56,043 nucleotides of DNA. Origin: Pseudomonadota bacterium. GTDB lineage: Bacteria; Pseudomonadota; Alphaproteobacteria; Rhizobiales; Beijerinckiaceae. The stretch is from positions 1-56,043 of the forward strand of contig JAGTAM010000687.1 in assembly GCA_023422485.1 (NCBI GenBank). The letters are read 5' to 3'. Position 1 is the stretch's first letter, and the number at the start of each line of letters is the position of its first letter. Of the stretch, positions 21,966 through 31,155 are shown in pieces. The position numbers were made by a program, and so were the translations under genes. A model generated the notes under the pieces. It had not been told where the DNA came from, made no database searches, and saw nothing but the letters and a program-made list of their open reading frames with translations.

Positions 21966-22065
21966 TGTGGCCTCCTTAGCCCCCAATATGGAGTTGCTCG
22001 GGTGTCCACGGGGAGAAGCTGGACCCGACCAATGACAGCCGATTGCGAAAAATCGTTACCAGCTC

Positions 22066-22091
22066 AACGGGCCGCTGCGCGGTTCAGTTCC
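22066..22091 (-). promoter_or_regulatory. EcfG promoter for yciE-DUF2243 operon
   Basis: GGAAC-N17-CGTT on minus strand. Confidence 0.8.
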
Positions 22092-22299
22092 GTATAAAGG
22101 GATGTTCCATAAACCATGGCTTGTGCCAGCTTGGAAAATGGGTTTGCCTCGATCATTACATAGGCTTCTGTCGGACTACCCAAGCGTCTGCACAACGGGC
22201 ATCCCAAAGGACTTCGGCTACCTTATCGGTCGGCCTGTTGAACTTCGCCAAGATCTACCGGACACGATGCGAGCTGGTGTCATGTTGATGTTGCCGAGC

Positions 22300-22475
22300 G
22301 GGCTCCCGCAGCTTGAAGTAGATGATCCAGCCAGGAGGATCACGCTGACGCTGTTGGCGATGATGACATCATCGCTACGCGAGATGCCGTAGATCGCACA
22401 CCGTGACAAATCGCGAGGTAGGATCAGCAGCATCTTGGCGAGAGATCGCGGTTTGTCCAGTCTACCTGGTTTTGC
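22300..22475 (-). pseudogene. SemiSWEET/PQ-loop transporter remnant
   Basis: Frameshifted pieces TGQT..RDLS..KMLLIL..YGISRSDDVIIANSVSVILLAG..IYFKLRE; 5' end missing. Confidence 0.55.
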
Positions 22476-22504
22476 CCGGCAGTCCTATCCGTTCAGATTG
22501 AGTT

Positions 22505-23458
22505 TTATAGCGTCGGCTTGGGCATTCGTAGCACCACACGGCAGCCCGGCTTTGCTGTCTCGTATGTAAGTATGCCGTTCAACTGTTGCGCCAACAGGGC
22601 GACAACCTTCGAGCCGACGCCTCGTGTCACTTCGTCCGCCGCGGGCATACCGATACCGTTATCCGACACCGTGAGCACGAGTTCACCGTCGGTGTGGAGC
22701 GCGATTAAGATCTGTCCTGATCGATCGTCGGGAAACCCGTATTTGATGCTATTTGTCACCAGTTCGTTGATGATAATCGCGAGGGGCACCGCGACTTCGC
22801 TGTGGGCATAGGCTTCATCTAGCTCGCAACGTACCGCAACAGAATTTTCACCGCTCATCTCAAGCAGCCGTCGAGCGATATCGCCAATGTATTCCTTCAG
22901 GTCGACAATCTTCGTTTGATCACGCAACGTCAGGTGATCATAGACTTCGGCCATCATTTGAATGCGCTGCGACGTCTTCTCGAGCGCCGCGGCCGTCTCC
23001 GGCCCCACTGTGCGAGACTGCAGGCGCAACATCGCGCTCAGCATGGCGAGATTATTCTTCGTACGGTGGGCTAGTTCTTGCAGCAAAAGTGACTTCGACC
23101 GCTCAGCAGCGGCTACTTTCTCCATCTCCTTGCGGAGGGCTTCTGCGACGACCGCGAAGGCGAGCGCAATGAAGACAAAAAGGATAAGAGGGAGTGCAAG
23201 TGCGGAGGACCACTGATAGCGCAATAGCCACACTACGCCTGCGACAGAAATTCCAGTGGCGATAAATCCGCTACCTCGATCGAACATCATGCCCGCGACG
23301 AAGATCGCCGGCAGCAGAAGAAATAGCCCAATGAAGCCGCTTTGCACCTCCACCGCGGCGAAGACCGCAAGACTGCAGACGCTCAGCAACGCCGAAACGC
23401 CGTACCGCACCACAAGAGGTTGCGACGGTTCCGGCAAAAGGGGCAGGAGACGCTCCAT
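22505..23458 (-). CDS. Membrane sensor histidine kinase (HisKA_2 type)
   Basis: N-terminal TM helices; ELAHRTKNNL, IINELVTNSIKY, VSDNGIG. Confidence 0.92.
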   Translation of the reverse strand: MERLLPLLPEPSQPLVVRYGVSALLSVCSLAVFAAVEVQSGFIGLFLLLPAIFVAGMMFDRGSGFIATGISVAGVVWLLRYQWSSALALPLILFVFIALAFAVVAEALRKEMEKVAAAERSKSLLLQELAHRTKNNLAMLSAMLRLQSRTVGPETAAALEKTSQRIQMMAEVYDHLTLRDQTKIVDLKEYIGDIARRLLEMSGENSVAVRCELDEAYAHSEVAVPLAIIINELVTNSIKYGFPDDRSGQILIALHTDGELVLTVSDNGIGMPAADEVTRGVGSKVVALLAQQLNGILTYETAKPGCRVVLRMPKPTL

Positions 23459-23575
23459 GAAGCGAGTATTCCGGGGTGCTGATCGCTGCCGCGCAGCATA
23501 AGTGGACCAAAGCTCATCATATCAGACCTCAGCAGTTGCTACTGCGTCAAGCCTGTCCCTTCATGCGACGCATGC

Positions 23576-25075
23576 CTATGGACGTTGCGGGTGGCTATCG
23601 ATTGTCGCCCCGAGGAGGCGCGTGAGCGCCTCTACGTCGATCGGCTTTTCAATTCGCGGGGAATCGGAAAAACCGATCGGAATGATCCATTCCTCATAAC
23701 CTGTGGCAAAAACAATTGGTACAGCCCGTTTCTTCAACGCATCCGCCAAGGGGAACACTTCTTCCCGCCCGAGATTGATATCTAACACAGCAGCGTCGAT
23801 TGTCTTGCCGTCTGCCAGGAGTGCCAGAGCATCGGAAACGGTTCCCACTGGACCGATCACTGAGACGCCGCGAGCCTCGAGCGATCTCTGGAGATCAATA
23901 GCGATCATGTACTCGTCCTCGACCACGAGCACGCGCCGACCGCGCAAAGGGAAGCTAGGTTGCCGTTCATCATCTGCATCCTCTGACACGATCGCAGTCC
24001 TGATTTGGCAGCGCACGCCATCTGAGCCGAACTCTAGGCGCGTCTCAGCCTTCAGCTGATAGGGAAGCGCGCGCTCAATTAATTCTCTGCCGTATCCCTT
24101 GCGCGAGGGCGCTCCAGCCCCGCCCGCCATCACCACGCCTGTTTCTCGCCAATCAAGAATAACGCGTCGTTCAGGCGCTTCCTCAATGTGCCAAGCGATA
24201 TCGAGTTTGCCAGAAGACTGGCCGAGAGCGCCGTGCTTCAGCGCATTGGTCGCAAGCTCGTGAATTGCCAGTGCCAACACTTGGGCCGACGCTGTAGGTA
24301 ATAACGCACGGGGCCCTCGGATCGAAACTTTACCGGGCTTAACCTCGCCGTCGCCATGCGCCTTGAGCTCCACCTCTATGAGGTCATGCAAATCGATGGA
24401 ACCCTGCGCCAGGAGAATCTGGACGCGGCTAAGCGCACGCAATCGACTTTCGAACTCAGCTACGAACTCCCCTGTCGATCCGCTTGTGCGCATCGTCTGG
24501 CGCGCAATCGACTGCACCACGGCGAGCAGGCTGCGGGTACGGTGCTGAAGTTCTGCCAACAAGATCTTTTGGCACTCCTGAAGTTCGTGCATGCCGTGGA
24601 CGTCTGTCGAGGTTCCAACCCAGTCGCCCTCGTCTGTTACAGGCCGTGCGCGGGTCTGATGCCAACGATATTCGCCATCATCAGCCCGCCGAATTCGATG
24701 TTCGGCGTAGTATCCACCCGTTTCTCGCGCCTCCGCCCATGCAGCAATCGTCTTGTGGCGGTCCTGAGGATGAATGGCATCGATCCAGCTGAAACCCTTA
24801 CTCGTTTCGAGCGGATACCCGGTATACGCAATCCATTGCGGACTGGCCCAAGTGCGATCGCCCGTCGCCGTTGTCCGAAACACGAGTTGAGGTACGTTCG
24901 TCGCCAGCAATCGGAACAACGCTTCGCTCTCGCGCACGCGTCGTTCGGCGGCTCGACGCTCAGTTAAATCACGGAAGATTTTGACAAACCCTGTACCATC
25001 TGCAAGCGGCGTGACCACGCCCGCCCCCAAAAGCGGGAGCCATCCTTTCTCTGATGCCAGCGCTTCTGATTTCAA
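23576..25075 (-). CDS. PAS-HWE histidine kinase fused to a receiver domain, N-terminally truncated
   Basis: Opens with a PAC tail (GFVKIFRDLTE), then PAS, ELQHRTRSLL, HELATNALKHG, WRETG, and REC (VLVVEDE, LDINL, ATGY, EKP); TTG start in unrelated-looking sequence. Confidence 0.8.
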   Translation of the reverse strand: MKSEALASEKGWLPLLGAGVVTPLADGTGFVKIFRDLTERRAAERRVRESEALFRLLATNVPQLVFRTTATGDRTWASPQWIAYTGYPLETSKGFSWIDAIHPQDRHKTIAAWAEARETGGYYAEHRIRRADDGEYRWHQTRARPVTDEGDWVGTSTDVHGMHELQECQKILLAELQHRTRSLLAVVQSIARQTMRTSGSTGEFVAEFESRLRALSRVQILLAQGSIDLHDLIEVELKAHGDGEVKPGKVSIRGPRALLPTASAQVLALAIHELATNALKHGALGQSSGKLDIAWHIEEAPERRVILDWRETGVVMAGGAGAPSRKGYGRELIERALPYQLKAETRLEFGSDGVRCQIRTAIVSEDADDERQPSFPLRGRRVLVVEDEYMIAIDLQRSLEARGVSVIGPVGTVSDALALLADGKTIDAAVLDINLGREEVFPLADALKKRAVPIVFATGYEEWIIPIGFSDSPRIEKPIDVEALTRLLGATIDSHPQRP

Positions 25076-25137
25076 ATGGTAAAGTATCGGATAGTCAGGT
25101 GGTGCTGATACTGCATTTGACGCCCGGATGACATACC

Positions 25138-25162
25138 GGAACTCTAAGCATCGGAAGGCGTT
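25138..25162 (+). promoter_or_regulatory. EcfG promoter for cinA
   Basis: GGAAC-N16-CGTT. Confidence 0.8.
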
Positions 25163-25206
25163 CCTAACCTAAATCGCCCTCCGAACCCGTCTCCCACAGG
25201 GCACCA

Positions 25207-25719
25207 ATGTCAGATCTTGCAAAGCTTGCGGCACGGGTAATTACTGTTGCTCGAGAGAACAGCATAACGATCGCAACTGCTGAGTCCTGCACCGCCGGAT
25301 GCCTTTCCACTCTGCTGGCTGATACCCCCAACGCAGGTGAAGTATTTCAAGGCGGGTTCGTCGTCTATTCAAAGCGGCAGAAGATCGCCGCACTTGGTGT
25401 CCCGCCAAATCTCATCAAGGCTCATACCGCAGTTAGTAGACAAGTAGCAGAGGCGATGGCGCAGGGTGTGATTGATCGGTGTGCCGCCAATCTTGCGATT
25501 GCGATCACCGGGGTTGCGGGACCGGTGCCCGACGAAGACGGCAATCCTGTCGGTCTCATGCACATCGCCGTGGCTTGCCGCGATCGGGGCATTCGGCACG
25601 TGGAGCATCAGTTTGAGGGTGACGACCGTTCCGCATTGCGCGCGTCAGCTATGGAAGCTGCTTTGTTGACTGCAAGAGAATGGCTCCGCCAAATCAGCAC
25701 ACTGGATCGACGCCGATGA
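25207..25719 (+). CDS. CinA/PncC (NMN deamidase-like) domain protein
   Basis: IATAESCTAG, GFVVYSK, AVSRQVAEAMAQG, AITGVAGP. Confidence 0.9.
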   Translation: MSDLAKLAARVITVARENSITIATAESCTAGCLSTLLADTPNAGEVFQGGFVVYSKRQKIAALGVPPNLIKAHTAVSRQVAEAMAQGVIDRCAANLAIAITGVAGPVPDEDGNPVGLMHIAVACRDRGIRHVEHQFEGDDRSALRASAMEAALLTAREWLRQISTLDRRR

Positions 25720-25947
25720 AGACCCGCTGTACTGGCGAGTGCGCCGAGTTTCGCATGATTTTGCTTTGTCTCGAATTTCCGTTTGTCCGCGCCGGATTGT
25801 TGAAACCAATTGACGCCCCTGTAATGGATGCGCCGCCGCTGCTCCAAGCGTGAAAAAGCAGAAACGCACGGCCTTGTTCGCCCCAGCGAATTCCTCGCCG
25901 CGCCGACTTCCTATTCCGCCGCGAGACGTGTACATTTTAATCATCCC

Positions 25948-26526
25948 ATGACAACTCAACACGGTGAGAGCCGCCAGCTTCGGTTTGACTTCGGTGTCCA
26001 CGACACCGTCGCCGACGCGATCGGCGGTGCGCTGGCCCAGTGGCGTGACGCCAACCGGATCACCCAGTGCAAGCTCGCCGACGCCGTCCAGAAAGTCCGC
26101 GAGGCGCGTCGGTGCCGGTTGCGGCGACAGAAGGTGCGCGTCTTTCTCTGCGAGTTGGACGTCCACGCGCTGATCTTTGACGGGCGCCGCACCTACCAGC
26201 GCGACGGGCGCATGCACTGGCGGGTGATACCGCGCAAGGGTACCGGCTGGGTCGAGTATCCGCTGACTGGCTTCCGCGAAGCCGACCTCGGCGATCCGGT
26301 GATCGAACGGCTGGTGCTGCGGGTGCGGGAGCGGATCAAGTGGTGCTCCAAGTACCACAAACTGTCGTTCTTCACGCTGTCGCCCGACGGCATCTCCGGT
26401 GGCTGGGACGACGACTTGGATGTGGAGATCATCGCCCGGGTGATCACCGAGGACGCGCTACGCAAGGCCAAGTGGACAGCGCGGTACGTTCGGCGAAAGG
26501 CTTCGAATCCCGGAGGTCCCCCATGA
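25948..26526 (+). CDS. Hypothetical protein (192 aa)
   Basis: Long ORF with high-GC third positions; no recognisable motif. Confidence 0.6.
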   Translation: MTTQHGESRQLRFDFGVHDTVADAIGGALAQWRDANRITQCKLADAVQKVREARRCRLRRQKVRVFLCELDVHALIFDGRRTYQRDGRMHWRVIPRKGTGWVEYPLTGFREADLGDPVIERLVLRVRERIKWCSKYHKLSFFTLSPDGISGGWDDDLDVEIIARVITEDALRKAKWTARYVRRKASNPGGPP

Positions 26527-26669
26527 ACCTGCTCGATAAGATGAGTGGGGAAGAAAAGATGTTGCCCATGGAGCGGACCCGACGCTGCGCTAGGGCGAGC
26601 CTAAGGTGAGGAAACTGCTCCCGGCAGCACGGATACTGCTCAGCGGCAATCCGCCGAATGGCGGGCGGC

Positions 26670-27165
26670 CGTTAAAAGCCGCAAACCAAGCCTCGCTCTG
26701 GCATGCCGGTCAGCGCCGGAAGGGGAAGAAGCAGGAGCCCTACATCAACCACCTAATGGAGGTCTCACAGATCGTCGCTACCTCCCCGGAAGGCCGCGGA
26801 GATGAGAACGTCATCATCGCGGCGCTGATGCATGATTTGATTGAGGATCAGGAGATCACGGCGGAACGATCGCCGAAATGTTCAGCCGGGACGTGGCGGA
26901 GTTGGTGCTTGAAGTGACCGACGACAAGTCACTCGACAAGCAGATCCGCAAGGCTCTGTAGATCGCCAACGCGCCTTACAAGTCATCACGCGCTGCACTG
27001 ATCAAGCGGGCCGATAAAATCAGCAACGTGTCGGCAGTGGCGGACGATCACCAGTTCACTGGGAGTTGGAACGCCGCATCACATATATCGAGTGGTCACG
27101 CGCCGTGGTGCGAGGATTGCCCATCGCATCGGCGTGCCTGCTCCAGCAGTTCGAGGAAGCCACAT
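26670..27165 (+). pseudogene. HD-domain small alarmone hydrolase (Mesh1/SpoT-like) pseudogene
   Basis: HAGQRRKG..EPYINH, AALMHDLIED; frameshift ~26866; VLEVTDDKSL; TAG at 26959; IKRADKISN; frameshift ~27050; ERRITYIEWSRAVV. Confidence 0.85.
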
Positions 27166-27379
27166 CCGGAGCCGATATTTCGAACAGAGGGGAACGACTG
27201 AACTGTCCTCGTGGTGCAACGCATCACGAGGACCTAAGCAGGAGTCATGTCAGCCCTCCCAGGAGGACTAGTTTGGAACTCTAGGATGGCCAATAGGTGC
27301 GTTGCACCTTGATGCCCCGGCGCTTGCAGGGTGGCTTGCATACCCGTTTCTGACGCCGCGACACCTTACAGACCTGTAA

Positions 27380-27678
27380 TCAGGTAAGGTGAACCCTGGA
27401 ACGGCTGGACGCTGAGACCGCGGAAGCGCCGTACTTGACGAGCGCTGCATCGCGGGCCCGATGCTCGACGTAGGCCTTTAATTTCTCGGGCGATCGTGAT
27501 CCGGCGCCGGCCAGAGTGCAGGGTGCAGGGTGCAGGGTGCAGGGTGCATTGATGATGATGTTATTGATATGGGCTCCGAAATATTTCGCCGAAACCGTAT
27601 CGAATATCTCGATCAGGATTGCCGTGTCATCTGAAGAAAATCCACCTGAAGCCAGTCGCTGATGGGGAGTCGCGCCAT
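27380..27678 (-). pseudogene. Small-protein family copy B (1-nt deletion after the start, internal heptamer expansion)
   Basis: GGAG RBS and ATG 27678 out of frame with TPHQRLASGGFSSDDTAILIEIFDTVSAKY...GAGSRSPEKLKAYVEHRARDA. Confidence 0.75.
27514..27548. repeat. Heptamer tandem repeat GAGTGCA(GGGTGCA)4
   Basis: Read directly from the sequence. Confidence 0.95.
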
Positions 27679-27801
27679 GCAAGTTCTCCGTTTCGGCGCG
27701 TCCGATCGTGCGTTGCCGACCCAATATGGGGGCACGACGCTCTCAGGCAATAGGGCTGGGGCCTGATGGTTTCAGAAATGTATGATCCGGAGGGGCCGCG
27801 G

Positions 27802-28473
27802 TTAACACTGCTCGCGCACGAGCAAATCCTTCTTCTCCATCCCCGATTGCACGATGTGCAAGATCGCCGGATCAGGCGTGCGCACCAGGCTGTAGGCCTC
27901 CTGCGGCGTGCCGTTCATCCACTGGGCGAACTCATCCTCGGTGCGCAACATCACCGGGCAGCGGTCGTGATTGATGCTGGCCGTCACCGCGTTGGCCGGC
28001 GTCATCATGAACGCGTAGGTGTTCAGCTTTAGAACGGCCCCGTCCTTCTAGAGGATGCCCTTCCATCTCTTCCAGATGCCCGCAAACGCGAATAGCGGAC
28101 GCGGATCCTCGGGATCCTTCAGCGCGAACCAGTGCCACTTGGCCGGCTTGCCGTCGTCAGGCTCACAGAATGCGCTGACCGGGATGAGACAGCGCCGCTC
28201 GTCAAACGATTGCCGCCAGAACCGACTTTCCAGCACCTTGTCGTCGCGGACGTTGGTCACGCGCCGTGGCGCCTTTCCGGGCTGCGGCAGCACGAACCCC
28301 CATGACATGGTGATCAGTTCGCGCTCGCCATCCTCAGCCTGGCGCACGACCGGCGCGGCGTGGCCGGGGAAGATGGCCTGCAGCGGCGCGATCTGGGTGG
28401 AGCGATTATGGGGCACCCGGAAGAGCCGGCGGATCGCGTCAACGTTGCGGGTCTGGGAATAGAGATTGCACAT
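27802..28473 (-). pseudogene. SRAP/YedK (HMCES-like) abasic-site protein with in-frame TAG at 28048-28050
   Basis: MCNLY N-terminus, WGF, TNVR, RRCLIPVSAFCE, FAFAGIW, then GIL*KDG...HDRCPV in the same frame. Confidence 0.88.
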
Positions 28474-28633
28474 TCGTGCCAGATAGCACGAAAGGCGGGC
28501 GAGCGCGTCATTGAAGGGAACAATGGCGCACTCGTCCACGCATCGCCACTTTGCCGGAGCGGATTGACCAGCCGATATCAAGCTATCGGCCGCTCCAGAA
28601 AGCGGATCAGCCAGTCTTCCGCTCCGATGGGAT

Positions 28634-28658
28634 AACTACCCGAGTGATCAGGGGTTCC
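28634..28658 (-). promoter_or_regulatory. EcfG-type promoter upstream of SRAP
   Basis: GGAAC-N16-AGTT on minus strand; back-to-back with degenerate GGAAC-N16-CGCT (+) at 28671-28695. Confidence 0.55.
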
Positions 28659-28702
28659 AAAATTAACAAAGGAACTCCTCAAACACAGTGTCGCTTCCCC
28701 GC

Positions 28703-28880
28703 ATGACTTCTTCAACCAACGCCGGCGAGAAGCTTCGCGCTCACGCCTGTAAAAGCGATAACGGAAAGTTTCCTGACTTCTCGCGCGACCCAGCGGGCAC
28801 CGATCTGCCCCTGGGTGACGGCGTGTCCCGATGGGAGCACCTTCGCGGCGTTTGATCTGGGCGCGGATCGCCGAGCATGC
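28703..28880 (+). pseudogene. Degenerate paralog of the 13628 hypothetical protein
   Basis: KLRAHACKSDNGKFPDFSRDPAGTDLP..WEHLR then a frameshift to AFDLGADR; parallels AHIFESVDG..FTADPLGANLP..W..FELAADR. Confidence 0.5.
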
Positions 28881-29488
28881 CCGCGCCGTAGTCCGGAGCT
28901 AAGCCAGGCGCCTGACGTCCAATCAAGATGGAAACAAGCGCGGAAAGAAAACGAAGTACAGCGCACTCAACACCAAAATGGCCATCAGTGTCGAACCGAT
29001 AAGAACGCGCAAATTGGAGCGCGTGCGGCTGCCTTGGCGCGCTTCTACCGTTGTGCGCTCGGTCGGTGATTCGTCGTTATCCATCCGTGCCACGCGAAAC
29101 TATTCCTTTGAGTGTCGGGCGAGCCTCATACTTCCAAACGTGTGAAACTACCAATTGATCCACAAACATGCATTCACTTGAGCTGATCCCCGCGGCGCGG
29201 TCCACCTTGGCATCGACCGTCGGCGGCGCCTTGTGCGCCTCCGCCTGGATGTGCAGCTTCGGCGTGCGGGGTGCGCTGTTCGAGCGTGAAGGTCACGCCC
29301 TACACTTCGGACCGAGGAGGCCATTGCGGCGCTCGTTGGCGACCCAGCTGTCGGCCTCCGCGAAGCGAACCATGGTACTCGACCGGCATGCATCTATCGT
29401 ATGCGACTACGTGCAAGGGCCAGCCCCGCTACGGCGGGGCTTTTGCTGGCCGCCGCAGGAGCATCTGGTCACCGCCGCACCGGAAATT

Positions 29489-29740
29489 TCAACTGCCTCC
29501 GATGACTCTTTCCGGGATGGTGACCATCGCGTAGCGCGCACGATGCTCGGCGTAGGCGGCGAGCTTTTCTGGCGCCCGGGAGCCAGCGCTTGCCATCGTG
29601 CAGAGCGCGTCCACGATGACGTCATCAATTCGGTTGTCATCGTAAGCGGCCGACACGCTATCGAAAACCGAAATCAACATTTCGGTTTCGTCGTCGTCAA
29701 ACCCTGCGGCGGTGAGTTTTTGGTGTGAAGCTGAGGTCAT
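29489..29740 (-). CDS. Small-protein family copy C (intact, 83 aa)
   Basis: MTSASHQKLTAAGFDDDETEMLISVFDSVSAAYDDNRIDDVIVDALCTMASAGSRAPEKLAAYAEHRARYA. Confidence 0.8.
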   Translation of the reverse strand: MTSASHQKLTAAGFDDDETEMLISVFDSVSAAYDDNRIDDVIVDALCTMASAGSRAPEKLAAYAEHRARYAMVTIPERVIGGS

Positions 29741-29872
29741 AGCAGAGGCCCTTCCGGGCGCCTGTTCGTCACCATTCAGATTCCATATGTTACAGCAAGC
29801 TCCGGAGCGGTTTGCAGTCCGGAGCTTGCGAGGCTGCACATGAGACCTGAGGACATCTCACGCACAGCCACC

Positions 29873-29897
29873 AACGCTCAACAATCCAATTTGTTCC
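29873..29897 (-). promoter_or_regulatory. EcfG promoter for copy C
   Basis: GGAAC-N16-CGTT on minus strand. Confidence 0.75.
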
Positions 29898-30642
29898 GCT
29901 TCCAAGCGGCGGCTGCCGCAATCCTCTGCGCAGCGTGGATCTGCTGGCACGCCAAATATTGTCACTGGACGGGACGAGCAGGCACACACTCTTATCGACA
30001 GGGCCAACGTGCGCGAGCGCATTTGGTGGCGTGACCGCCACACGAAATTTGATCTTATTAGGAACGGTTGCAGCCGAACACATTGGATTTTGCTGGCCGA
30101 TTTGGAAGAAGATGTCCCCAAAGTCGATTGAGCCGCACCGCGTCGCTCTAGCGCTCAGCAAAAGCTCGTTGGTGGCCATCCCGTTGGCGTTCCTTTTTTG
30201 TTATGCGCGTTACTCAGATGAACCTGATGGCCCTGTTGTCTGCTGTCTCGTAGCCTTCCCGCGCTAAACGCTAGATAAATTGCGGCACATATACACGATC
30301 GCTGGCAAGCTCATCCGCCCCGGGAGCGCGGCAACCCTGATGGAAACTGGGCTGCCACTGGTGAGCGCGATAAGACCACGCTGATCCGCAGGCTGTTGAC
30401 AAGCTAATTGGCGTGGGCAATGAGCGATGAATTACATCCTCGCTATCGCGACTGGTACAGCCGGACCCTACGGTCGCAGTGCTTCACTAGTGAACCACCA
30501 ACGCGTTACTAAATCAGCCTGCGGCGCAATTAGTGGATTGAGCGAATAACTGCTATGGTTGCTTATCGCTGCTTTGTGAATGGCGTTACAGCGACTGGGA
30601 GACGCGACTGTGCTCTTGCCAACCCAATGGGAGCAGGAGCAC

Positions 30643-30873
30643 ATGCCTACCCTCAAAGAACCTAAAACAGGTACATTCGATGCGGCCGATTTGGAGGTCC
30701 TCGACGCCGCGGTGAGCGATGCTTGGGCCGTACTTTCCAACCCCAAGCACAGCAGACCATGGGCCTATACCCGCGAAGAAGTCGCGCGTCACGTGATCAA
30801 CGAAGCGGCCAAAGGTCAGCGTGACCAAGCCACTTTGACGAGACACGCAATTGCTCAGCTTCTGAAGGTATGA
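30643..30873 (+). CDS. Small hypothetical protein, distantly similar to copies A-C
   Basis: CAGGAG RBS; FDAADLEVLDAAVSDAW...REEVARHVINEAAKGQRDQATL. Confidence 0.7.
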   Translation: MPTLKEPKTGTFDAADLEVLDAAVSDAWAVLSNPKHSRPWAYTREEVARHVINEAAKGQRDQATLTRHAIAQLLKV

Positions 30874-31073
30874 ACAGCGTAGGCTAATCCCTCGTAGCGG
30901 GCAGGCTCACGGGGCTAAGCTTGGAAGGCTATGCCATGTCGCTGTCCGTAGGAGCGACGTGTTAGCGGCACGATGCATCAGTTTTCTGCCTAATCTTGAT
31001 CAATCGGGTTGTCACCAGAACACAAGGCTGCTGCCGGATTGATCATGGACTCGGTTTGATGACGGCTGATGTT

Positions 31074-31099
31074 GGAACCGTATGGCGGGGTAAAAAGTT
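31074..31099 (+). promoter_or_regulatory. EcfG-type promoter
   Basis: GGAAC-N17-AGTT upstream of ATG 31156. Confidence 0.6.
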
Positions 31100-31155
31100 G
31101 GCGCTGGAGTAATCGCCCAGATTGCGTGACGTCGGATCGAGAAGAAAGGGCCACG

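Noticed and set aside
27514..27548. Tandem repeat as a CRISPR or iteron array
   Set aside because: 7-nt units with no spacers; no cas or rep genes seen in the window
19255..28050. In-frame stops in three genes as evidence of recoding
   Set aside because: Mixed TAA and TAG, accompanied by frameshifts nearby, and intact genes end in TAG and TAA; ordinary pseudogenisation is simpler
29148..29400. GC-rich coding-like stretch on the minus strand
   Set aside because: Interrupted by a stop and a frameshift; product not identifiable
30061..30084. GGAAC-N15-CATT as another EcfG promoter
   Set aside because: Spacing and -10 box both deviate, and no convincing downstream gene
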